DNA from: Podarcis cretensis
Lineage: Eukaryota
DNA: 64,000 nt
Reading direction: 5' to 3'
NCBI GenBank assembly: GCA_951804945.1
Contig: OX638149.1
Location: 77,376,001-77,440,000, forward strand
Made by a program: the position numbers and the translations under genes. Of this stretch, positions 1-10,241 are shown piece after piece. How positions within the stretch are numbered: position 1 is the first letter of the stretch; every line of letters starts with the position of its first letter. The notes beneath the pieces were generated by a model. It made no database searches. It was not told the origin of the DNA and worked only from the letters and a program-made list of their open reading frames with translations.

Positions 1-132
1 TAGCATGGTGCTTATAACGCCAAGGTCACAGGCTCGATCCCCATATGGGTCACATACATCTTCCTGCATTGCAGAGGGTAGACTAGATGCCCCCTGTGGG
101 CCCCTTCTAACTCTACGATTCCGATTCTATGA
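1..132 (+). mobile_element. tRNA-derived SINE with CR1-like 3' tail (5' end cut by the window edge)
   Basis: B-box-like GGCTCGATCCC, followed by GACTAGATG...CCCTTCTAACTCTACGATTCCGATTCTATGA, typical of a CR1 tail. Confidence 0.75.
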
Positions 133-199
133 TAGGGTGCACCGGGAGGTGCCAAGTTCCTTTTTTTAAAAAAAACAGGAATTAGACTGCAGCAATTCT

Positions 200-678
200 T
201 TTTTAAAAATAATATTTATTAAAGTTTTAAATGTTACAAAAAGAGAAAGAGATAGCTCCAAGTTAAACAAAAATTTGACAACACATCACAATAAAGAAAG
301 AAAAGAATAGAATTTTTTTATAAAAAACAGAAAAACAGAAAAATAGAAACAATTAAAAAACACAACAAACCTTCCCATAACTTATCTTTCATTTACTTGT
401 TTCCTTGACCTCCTCACATCTCCCTTTTTTGTATTCTAGTTTGGTTAGCTATTTCAGCAAATCCTTTCCATCTTTCCCAATTTTTATCCTATAATTTATC
501 TTAATATGATGTAACTTTACCTTTCCTCCTTTCATCCATTAACAATCTATTTTTACTTAATCCTTTATAATATTTCTGCTAAAGCCACATAACTTCATTC
601 CAGCCTCCTTCTAACATTCCTTAATTTTACAGTGTTTCTGTAAATAAACTTTAAATTTCTTCCAATCTTCTTCCACCG
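200..678 (-). mobile_element. 5'-truncated L1-like LINE (ORF2 C-terminus plus 3'UTR) with 17-bp target-site duplication
   Basis: TAGACTGCAGCAATTCT at 183-199 and 679-695; minus strand encodes VEEDWKKFKVYLQKHCKIKEC* then AATAAA and a short A tail. Confidence 0.8.
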
Positions 679-1016
679 TAGACTGCAGCAATTCTAACAG
701 CAGGACAAACCGTAGCTTCTTCAATCTTCTGCCCTGGCACCCAAAAGTTGCAACAGGCCTTTGGGAATTGACTGCTTTTAATAAACGGGCTGGCGCCATG
801 CTGTTTTTATTGTAATTGTTGGTAAATAGATTGTGTGCGTATATAATTTTAATTGTATCAATGTTTAAATGTATTTCAATAATCGTTTTTTCTAAGTTTT
901 TAGCAGTTCTTGTTTTTATCTGCAAGCCGTCAGAGAAAAAGTCTGGGTATAAATAAACATATGGCAGGAGTACTACAGTAGCAGCTATAGTAAAACGCAC
1001 AGCTAAATGAAAATAT

Positions 1017-1035
1017 CAGTGTCCTCTGGTGGCCA
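1017..1035 (-). promoter_or_regulatory. Candidate CTCF motif
   Basis: Minus strand TGGCCACCAGAGGACACTG, one mismatch from the CCACCAGAGGGCAC core. Confidence 0.35.
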
Positions 1036-1487
1036 CAAAATGCCATTACAGGCAAAGCATATAACATTACAGCAGTACGATATGCAACATGGTAATAATA
1101 GATTATTTTGTGTGTGTACTATGCCATTTAGCTCCAATAATAGAGTGCACCTTTCAACAAAACTACATAAGGAAACCAACAATTCTTTGCACTCCTTCCT
1201 CCTCTGAATACAAGGTTGCCAACTAGCAAAAGTAAACAGTCCCAGCCTGTTCTTCTGCATCCTTAACTAAGATTTGATATACTGTACGGAAAACAGCAGG
1301 TGAAGCTTTTAATGGTGTGGAGCTGAATGCAGTCACCTCCTGAAGGCTATGCAGAACAAAAGGCTCTTAAAAGACCACCCAAGGGGCTGGTTCAGAAGCT
1401 AACAGTCCAATTAAGCTCAAACAGCCTATCCTGGATAGTTTGGAAGAACACCTGAAAGGGTGGCCATATGCTATGGATACCTTAGCT

Positions 1488-1560
1488 GAGACTCCTACAT
1501 TGCAAGGGGTTAGACTAGGTTGACCCTAGGGGTCCCTTCCAACTCCCAAATTCTATGATC
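1488..1560 (+). mobile_element. CR1 or CR1-tailed SINE 3' fragment
   Basis: CATTGCAAGGGGTTAGACTAG...GGTCCCTTCCAACTC...ATTCTATGAT, similar to 60-132. Confidence 0.7.
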
Positions 1561-2039
1561 AAAGGTGTCGCGTGTCACTATGCCTTTAAAACTTTTTAAA
1601 CAGTGTGAGGAAGTACCGATTTTGCCCCCTGAACAGAAAAAAACCCCTAGTGAATATTTCTCTCAAATGCACCAAAACTACAAGAGAGAACTTTCTCCAG
1701 AAAGAAACAAAGAGGTTTGCCTCCTGCTGACAGCACAATTTTTCTGGCAAGTCTACTCTGGCGCAAAAGGCATTCAGTAGTGGGTTTAGTTATTTATTAA
1801 AGATAGGACCATGGGAGAAACAAGGAAAAGGATTGCCACCTTCCTTTCTGACTCTGCTTCCCTACCTTCAACAGCAGATAAAGTTTCCCCCGACCTTGGT
1901 ATGCATAAAGTGTTGCTGAATATATAGAAGCAGAAAAAGTGGCAACTGTAGAGCAGACATGCCTAGTGATAACCCATTCAGCTGCTGCAGGCAAGTTATT
2001 GCAAAACAGGAAAGCAAGCCCCAGATTAACTTCCTGTTA

Positions 2040-2391
2040 GGTAAAGGTAAAGGGACCCCTGACCATTAGGTCCAGTCGTGGCTGACTCTGGGGTTGCGGC
2101 GCTCATCTCGCTTTACTGGCCGAGGGAGCCGGCATAAAGCTTCTGGGTCATGTGGCCAGCATGACTAAGCTGCTTCTGGCGAATCAGAGCATCGCACGGA
2201 AACACTGTTTACCTTCCCACTGGAGCGGTACCTATTTATCTACTTACACTTTGACATGCTTTCGAACTGCTAGGTTGGCAGGAGCAGGGACTGAACAACG
2301 GGAGCTCACTCCGTCACGGGGATTCAAACCGCCTACCTTCTGATCGGCTAGCCCTAGGCTCTGTTGTTTAACCCACAGCGCCACCCGTGTC
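2040..2391 (-). mobile_element. Full-length Sauria SINE (Squam1 type)
   Basis: (ACCTTT)n tail, characteristic GGTACCTATTTATCTAC and CATGTGGCCAGCATGAC core, tRNA-like head; flanking CCTGTTA duplication. Confidence 0.9.
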
Positions 2392-3774
2392 CTGTTACAC
2401 GTTGATAAATACCAGAGGCTGCTAGCCTCTCACTTCTTCTAGTATGGCAGGACTGGGGGGCATCCTGTTCTGGGCTGGCACATGCTCCCTGTGGGGTGCA
2501 TCATGACCTGGACATGTTATCAAGTATTCCCAAGAGTAGGTCAACACACCAAAATCCACCAAGACAGCCAACTGGAGTTAACTAGCAAGGCACAAGCTAA
2601 GTAGTTGTGTGAATCAGTTCCTTCTATCAGACTCACAGGCAACAAATGCACTTTTTTCACTTGTGCTGGGAGAAGGGGGGGGGGCAGAACATTAACTAGG
2701 AGGACTGAAAAAGCAAAACAGGGCTTTCAAAGAGTGGAGTGCAGGCCCTCATGAGTACTACAAGAGCATTGTTCCTGAAGGCCACAGCAAAAGGAAGGAG
2801 AAAAGAGAAGGAAAGGCTAATAGCAGCAGAAGGGAATATTGAGGGGGAAGGAAGGAAAAGGTAGAAGGATTAACTACAGCATGAGACCAAAGCTGCAACC
2901 TAAATCATGCCTACTGAGAAGTTAACTACCTAATTCTTGCTCTCTGGTAAGTGGGGAGGGGGGGATAAATTAGGATTACAGCCCAACTGATAGAAATATC
3001 ATGTAATTAAGACCTTCCATCCTCCTTGTCCTCCACCCTTAGCCATCTCCCTTTTAGCAATATAAGACAAAGCTTTCAATATATATTGGGGGGCGGGCGG
3101 CAGAAAGACATAAATGCACACTCTTTTTATGTGTCTTGAACAGCAGCACCAAAATTCTTCAAACTTTTGTAAAAGAACAATGGTCCCAAGGAGAAAAACA
3201 AAACAAAGCAACAACCCAGGCCTGTAAAATAAAAGAGAAAAATGTGCTAGCATTAAACAAAAACAAAAACCCTGCAATGCAATAGATAGCCATAGGAATC
3301 CAACAAACACCATATGAGATAAAAAGAAAGCTGAACAGCAATACTAAACCTACATTTTAAAAATAGAACAGAAAACCATTATTTGAACTCTCACCTTGCA
3401 ATCAGAGTGTCCTGTTCCATGACTGCAGCAACAAATACGTAGAACCAGGTTTTCAAGTGGCTGCCTTGTAGTGGAAGACTGAGTTAAAGGTTGCTGGTTT
3501 TTTTTTTTTTTTTGGGGGGGGTGTTTTTCTGACTCCCTTCCCTTACACTTGTGGAAAGTCCTGCATAATTGCTTGTCCTGAGATCTACTGCTTCAGCTTG
3601 GAACAGTATCTGCTTGAACAGCCTCAACCTATCCAGGACCTCTTACTTACTATCAATCCCTAGGGCTCCCTAGGCCACACCCACACCACAAAAGCTCACC
3701 TGACACACATCCAGTATGTAAAAATGTATTTCCTACACCTGTTGGGGGAGATGGCTTGCTGCCAATATGCACTT

Positions 3775-3797
3775 GCAGCAGCAGCAGCAGCAGCAGC
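3775..3797. repeat. (GCA)n microsatellite
   Basis: Read directly. Confidence 0.95.
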
Positions 3798-4409
3798 TGT
3801 TGCATATTACATGCCCTGAGCAATTCCCTTTCCCACCACTCCCAGTGTAGCAATGGAGCTAATATGAAAAGACCCTTAGCAAGTTCTGCAACTGTAATGT
3901 GATTTAAATTCCTCCTGGCTTTGTTATTTGTATGCTAGGTGTACATGCCAGCAAATCAGATGTTGGTCCAGCTGCTAACCTGCCCTTCCTCAAGGCTCTA
4001 GGTAGCCTGTCTGTGAGCACTTAAGCCTGCCTGTCCTTAAAAATGAATAAATAATGCAAAGCAGCACATCTCCCTTCCTTTTAAAAAAAATAAAATAAAA
4101 GAAACACATAGCAAAAATGCACTGGGGATAAGGGCCAGGAAGGAGAAGAGTTAATCAACTACCAACTACCTACAGCTGCCCTTTAGCAGCAAATTGCAGT
4201 ATGTACTGCTTTTGTGGTGTCCCCCCCCACTCCACCCTGAGCCAGCCAGACACTTCAGTTTGAAAGGTATGCTTTAATTTGATGAGGTGAGGCTAGTCAA
4301 CTCTGCCTCCAGATCTACTAAGGGCTCCCGCCTTTAATGTGGCCTTTAGTAAGCCATCGGCTTGGTACTTACCTGAACTGTATCTTGCTTGAAAGTGCTC
4401 CTCCAGTCA

Positions 4410-4462
4410 CAGACGTAAACAAGACACACTGACAGCCAGTATCTTTACTGAATGAATTTATT
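4410..4462 (-). terminator. Polyadenylation signal AATAAA (4457-4462) with downstream GU-rich element
   Basis: Minus strand reads AATAAATTCATTCAGTAAAGATACTGGCTGTCAGTGTGTCTTGTTTACGTCT. Confidence 0.7.
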
Positions 4463-7401
4463 GTTTTTTTGAACTAAAGTTGCTCACAGTTATTTAACAA
4501 GGGATACATCAGAAGGTTCTTCTTTGTCCATTTTGACTGTTAAATAATGTCAGTTTGTGTGTCCACATGTGCGTGTGTGTTTGTGTCTTCAAAGTACAAA
4601 ATAGGAAGGATAACAAGAGGTATTGCTTTCATTTATTCTTATGTCTTGTGTAAATAATCCCCTTCCTGCTTGTACTGTATGGGTTTTGCTGTATTACTAT
4701 TATTATTATTAGTAGTAGTAGCATTTATTATTCTGTATTGAAATCCCAGCCTTTTGTAGAGGTACAATGTAACAGAAGCATCAAAATCTATACACAAGGG
4801 GAGATAAAAGAGGGGAAAGGGGGCTGAGGGTGGTGGAAGGGAAGCCTGGGGGGGAGGGAAGCAGAAGGTGGAGGCAGAAAAGACAACAAAAGCAAAAGAG
4901 ACTAATTTACATCAATATCATGCAATTAAAACTGCCCCCGAACCTCCCCTCCCTCCGTCTCCAACCATCACCCTTCCTGTGTCCGACATGCACACAGCAA
5001 TACAAGATAAAATTTCCAGATTAGAAAACAAAGCAAAACAAAGGAACACCTTCCCACTTTTGTGTGTCTCTTTTTTTTTTTTTTAAAAAAAGGGATTTCC
5101 CCCTTGAAACCTATGTACAAGAAAAATGGGTCCAAGAAAGTGGGGAGGGTGGGGAGAATCCATAAACAACAAAGACAAATGAAATTTAAAAAAACTAAAA
5201 AAAACAAAGGGAAGGGAAATAAGAGGGAGAAATCTAACATTATCTTTAAAAAACCTATCAATACAACATACACTCATAAAAACTCAACAAACAACAATTG
5301 AAGGTAATAAGAGAATTGAACACTAATACTAAAATCTACATTTAAAAGATAATTGGTCAAGGAGATTTACTCCTGCTGTTTTTTTTTCTTCTTCTTTTTT
5401 TGTCTTTGACACATATGATTATGGTTTTGGAAACCTTTGCATGTGGGCCAGATTGAGTTACACTTGGTGATAGTTGGAGAGAGAAAAAAGACAGAAGCCA
5501 AACAAAAAATGGAATATTGGTGAGAGGATGAAGTTAAGTGGTCTTGTCATCATTCTTTTCCCCTCTCCCCAAAAATAAATAGGAATCAGTGTTACCTCTA
5601 CACAGTAATGAAAGCAGAAGATTTATCTAACAGCTTAAATTTTTAAATATATATTTATATATATGCATTATAAATAATAACCAAGACCTAATAATAACTT
5701 AAACACACACAAGGAAGTTCCAGCCCACCCACCCACTTTTGAAAAAAAAAAAATTATAAAAATATCTTGCAATACTTTTAGAAGTTTACAGTAGCTTTGT
5801 GGTTTTGTTTTTGTTTTTGAACTCGCCCATAGTGCTATCTCCTCCATATCTTGCTCCGATGAACTACCAGTGGTTGTACACACACGCGCACCCACACAGG
5901 AAGGGGAAGATTGTTTGTTTTTAACTCTCATTTCATGTTCTTCCTTTGCATTAAAATTAAAAAAAAGAACAACAAACGCACGCAACCCAAATGAATAAAT
6001 AATTAAATAAATTAAATAACAAATAAATAAACGAAACCAGCAAATAAATAATACTGATATATCAATGCAGCACTAACGACACAATAGTTGCATCCAGATG
6101 CACGAGGCAGGAGAGAATTCAGCCGGCGGAAGGAAGTCCCAGTGCAGAGGGAAGGAAGGAAGGAACTGAGAGAGAGAGAGCAGGTTGAGGAGAGAAGCAG
6201 CAGCAGCAGCAACGACAGTGGTGATGTAGGTGGCAAGAGTGCATGGCAGCAGCAGAGATTGTCCTCCAACAGGTGGATTCTTGTCCCTCCTCCTCGCTGC
6301 CGGAAGCTGCGTTCCCCCCTAAGTTTCAGTGTTCTTATTTGATTTGACTTCCGTCTTGTAGTTTTTCCCTAAGTTTGTGTTCTGCCCCTCCAGCAGGCTG
6401 GGAGGGGGAAAAATTTGGAGATTATAAAAACAAAAACACAATTGGAGGGGGCGGGTTGAGGGAGTTGGGTGGTGTGGGAAAAGGATCTGGGGTGGTGAAA
6501 TTTGAGGACAACTTTCCTGTGGTAAAGCTCCTTAACAAAACATTGCCTGAATATGTCGTGATACCGCCCTCCCGCAGTCTGGATTTGCCAATGGGGAAGT
6601 GTGCTGTCAAGGGCAACGATGTCACTCCAGTAACTCCGACTGTGCAATTTTTATAACTGAGCAGTTCTCCAGCGCAGAGCACCGAAAAGAAAAAGTGTGT
6701 ATGGTAGGGCGAGGGAAAAAGAGGAGACCCATTTCCTGCAGTGGGAGAGGGGAGGCTGGGAGTCCCCAAACAGAACCAGTCCGTGGACAGTCTTACATCA
6801 GTGGCCTTCCGTGAACAAGTGTTCGCAGAGCACAGAAGGTGAAGCTGTTGGCTGACATGTTAACTTTTCGGGATAATTCCTGGTAGCAGAGTGGAAACAA
6901 GCGGTGGTGTCAGAAACACAGAGAAAACAGAACAAGGACAAAAGAGGGCAGGGCAGTAAATCAGAAGGTGACTGGGGTGGGGGTAGGAAGTAAAAGAAAA
7001 GAGCTCGGAGAAGATAAACAAACCAAAAAACAACAACCCAAGATTTGCCAAACTGGGTTTGTCATCTGTGCTACCTTTTCTTTCTTTTCTCATTGCTTTT
7101 GTGTTTTGTTTCAGAGAGATATATTATATCATATAAATATATATATATGTGTGTGTTTGTGTTTTATATATATAATATATATATATATATGTACACAGTC
7201 ATTCCTTCATACAAAAGTTGTCTATAGACAGTTTTGTACTGTTGTAGCAATATATATACACATCCATCTGTTTTAGAGGCTAGCTTGCTAAAGAATACTC
7301 AGTCATTTCCGTTTGCGTCTCTCCATGTGTGTGTGTGTTTTGTTATTTAGACTGTTTCTTTTTCCTTTTCCTCTTTTTTATTATTTAAAAATTGCATTTA
7401 T
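4440..7401 (-). other. BRSK2: BRSK2 3'UTR (~3 kb; 4440-6859 shared by all three tail isoforms)
   Basis: No transposon recognised; U/UG-rich on the minus strand between the stop codons and the poly(A) signal. The 3' end is approximate. Confidence 0.75.
6860..6879 (-). CDS. BRSK2: BRSK2 alternative terminal coding segment, short tail: GIIPKS*
   Basis: ctaccag|GA ATT ATC CCG AAA AGT TAA after a pyrimidine tract; same as the recalled short mammalian isoform ending. Confidence 0.92.
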
Positions 7402-7625
7402 TTAAGGTTGGTCTTGTAGGCCGAGTGACGAGGCCATCTTTGCCTTCTCTTTGCCAGCGGGGTACTTAGTGTCTCCTCTAGACCCATAGTCATTAGCATC
7501 GGAATCGCTCCGCTTGCTGTTTGCGCTATGCTTGGTTGGCGTGCCGGGGGGATGGCTCACCTGCCCGTTCTTCTCGTCTGAAAAAAGTTGTTTAATTACG
7601 TCAAAGAAGTTACTCAATGGGCTGC
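7402..7625 (-). CDS. BRSK2: BRSK2 terminal coding exon, long tail: GSPLSNFFDVIKQLFSDEKNGQ...KAKMASSLGLQDQP* (internal alternative acceptor at 7577 removes 16 aa)
   Basis: tacccag| after a long pyrimidine tract; TAA at 7402-7404; matches the recalled long BRSK2 C-terminus; internal ttttttcag| lies exactly 48 nt downstream. Confidence 0.95.
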
Positions 7626-7686
7626 CTGGGTATACAAAACAGAGGAGACAAAAAGAAAACAAAGAAAGCAAGAGAAAGAGAAAAGA

Positions 7687-7717
<31 letters not shown>

Positions 7718-10051
7718 AAAGAGAACAAACAAACAAATGAACAATGGGGTTTTAAACGAGAAGAACGTGATGAGCGGTCCAGAGCCACGTGCATGGGTGT
7801 ATGTGGAGGATGAAGACAATGAGCAGAAGAGGAAGAGCATCAGGATGGGAGCACTGAACTGCCTACGCATATGGAAAGCCTGGGGTCAAGAATGCCACAC
7901 CTGGTGGTTGGAATCTTGCACTGTATAGCAAAAAGCAGAACTTTTGCCTAGAAGGGCAACTGGCATGCCTGGAGAATGCCATGATGCTGGATAATACTGG
8001 GCCTACATGAAACTCCTCTGAAAAAATGTCCTGAGTGAAGGAATTCAAGAGTAATGCAAAACCACCGAAACTCTGATCCTAAGCATGCTCTCTGGGAAGT
8101 CAGTTCTATTGCTTCCAATGGCGTTTTCTTCTAAGCACTTGTGATCAAGTATGTAATCTAAATTATGCCTCGAAGCTTCAGTGATATCTCATTTGCCTGA
8201 TCCGTAGCCACACATGTACTCTTTTATGATCACACACAGAGCTTCTGCATACACAAGCTGCTTCCTTAACTTCAAGGAGAAGAGGAGATTTGCTTGCACA
8301 AAGGAATTAATCTGCAAATCTACTTTCTCCTTTGAATTGAATGGGGGAACCTTTGCGGGCAGTAGAACTGTGTGTGAGCCCAGGAGTTCCAGCACTTGTA
8401 AAAATACAACTCAGGATCTGTATCTATGATTCTACTCTTCTCCATCATTCAGTTTCTGTGTGATCTGTTCCAAACTTTAGGAATGCTCACTAAACTTCTT
8501 ATGTCTATTTCTATCATCCGTTGCACACCAGTTATGCTATTTACATTAAGTACTTTAGCCTGTAAGAATTTTAGCAGCAAAGGAGCATCCCCACCCCCAA
8601 AAAGCATGTGAACACTGCCATCAACCAGTGTCAAATGTGCACAGGTAGCATCCCAATCTACAAAGTGTTCATATACCCCTGAACTATGTCTGCTGCTGTT
8701 TCCCTAAGGCATGGTTTCCATACTGTAGCAGTAATGCCTAAATCCAGCAATCATATGCAACAGACAATTCATCTTTAACATTTCCACAGCAGCTCCATAT
8801 GCCCCTGTGAGTCAAGGGCCTAGGATTGTCAATCCCCCCCCCCCCCCGTGCACTCTTCCCACATTATTACTGAACTTAGGGACCAATCCAAACTTTGGCA
8901 GCCAACTGCTGGGCTTTGCCGAGTGGTGAGGCCACTGGCACTTCTGCAGCCCTGCCACACATGGCAGCCAGGGTAGGTGAGAGTGAGGACCAGCACAATT
9001 GCGGTGCCAGCCTGGAGCTTATGCCTTGATCAGGACTGGATTGAGCCCAATGGCATTGTGCAACAGCAGTGGGACGGTTCGGCAGGCAGTGAACCATGGG
9101 TCAACTCAGCCTCTCCCCGCTTCTCAAATGCTTGATTTGGGTGCATTTCTTTCTGGCTGCTGCCAAGGGGAATTCTGCTTGCAACATTCCTGCACATTTG
9201 GATGGTAGAAATGGAAGATACACAGCAGAGCTGTAAGGCTTCAGTCACCCTAATGGTGGCAGCAGACCTCAGTGGAGGGACAATCCAACACACTGCCCAG
9301 GCAACAGGGGTCTGCATTGTTCTGCCTGATGTTGCTTATTGTGGTGTGAGATCTGGCCCTAGGAGCCTATGAAACTTATTTAAAATAATAACTAAGATGC
9401 ATCTTAGCCACCATATATCTCATGTGGCATCCAAAAGAGAGTTACTGCCTCTCTTGAAAATAAGATGAATTCTAGGAAACTACCTAAGATGCATAAGGCT
9501 AAATCCGACACAGTGTTAAGAGCATTTAAGGCCACTGATTCCAATGGGTTTATGGGTGCTTAACTCTGTGCTGAATTGTGACAAGAGCGTATAACAACAG
9601 TTGCTAGTTACTAGAAACCACTGATGAGTCCATGGGGAATGTAGATGCTGGAAGACTGACAAATCGGGAAACTTCTTCTAATTTGTTTTAGTGAACAAAA
9701 TGAAGAACTAGATATTGCCTTAGAGAACACTGGATGCAATTGGACAAGTTTTCTGGGACTGATAATTTAAATAAATAAGTATGTCAGTACCCTGCAGAAA
9801 ACAGAGAAACAAAAATGTTTTACCAAGGCTTGGGATTAATCTGAACAAGGGACCATTTCAACTCAGTCCAATTTTTCTTCCAGGGTATGTCCTGGAAAAG
9901 TTAACACCATTTACACCACATCCTGGTGGGTTTGGTTACAATTAATCCACAGTGAAATCCTTGTTAAAATCTTGCTTCTAGCAATCTTCGTGTGATGTGT
10001 GAACAGACATACCAAGGATCACTGTATGTGTGCTAGTCATGCATAGCAGCA

Positions 10052-10138
10052 CAATCTGATACATGTCTACACATGAGTAAACCCCACTAAGTTCAATGGT
10101 GCTCATTCCTAAGAAAGTGGTTGTAGGATTGCAGCTTA
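10052..10138. repeat. Short ~85-bp dispersed hairpin repeat; related copies near 8071, 13830, 22722, 30781, 34064 and 36501
   Basis: Consensus-like GCAATCCTA..CATG..TACTCAG.AGTAA..CCCACTGA.TTCAATGG...TAGGATTGC recurs at these sites. Confidence 0.6.
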
Positions 10139-10208
10139 AGCAACCCAAACTGTGATATTGAAGTGGCAGCCATGGCACTTAAGATCATTCTGGCTCAAAT
10201 AGAGTCAT

Positions 10209-10210
<2 letters not shown>

Positions 10211-10238
<28 letters not shown>
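10211..10238. repeat. (TG)14 microsatellite
   Basis: Read directly. Confidence 0.95.

Positions 10239-10241
<3 letters not shown>

Noticed and set aside
1-60. tRNA gene
   Set aside because: The tRNA-like boxes run into a CR1 tail, so this is a SINE head.
1-4400. Possible 3' end of the neighbouring gene MOB2 on the plus strand
   Set aside because: Expected from recalled mammalian synteny, but no MOB2 coding sequence is recognisable here.
6443-6496. G-quadruplex-like G runs
   Set aside because: They lie on the plus (template) strand, so the mRNA is C-rich here; no other support.
4830-7928. Cluster of Lys/Arg/Glu-rich or Phe/Leu-rich ORFs
   Set aside because: Translations of low-complexity UTR and polypyrimidine sequence.
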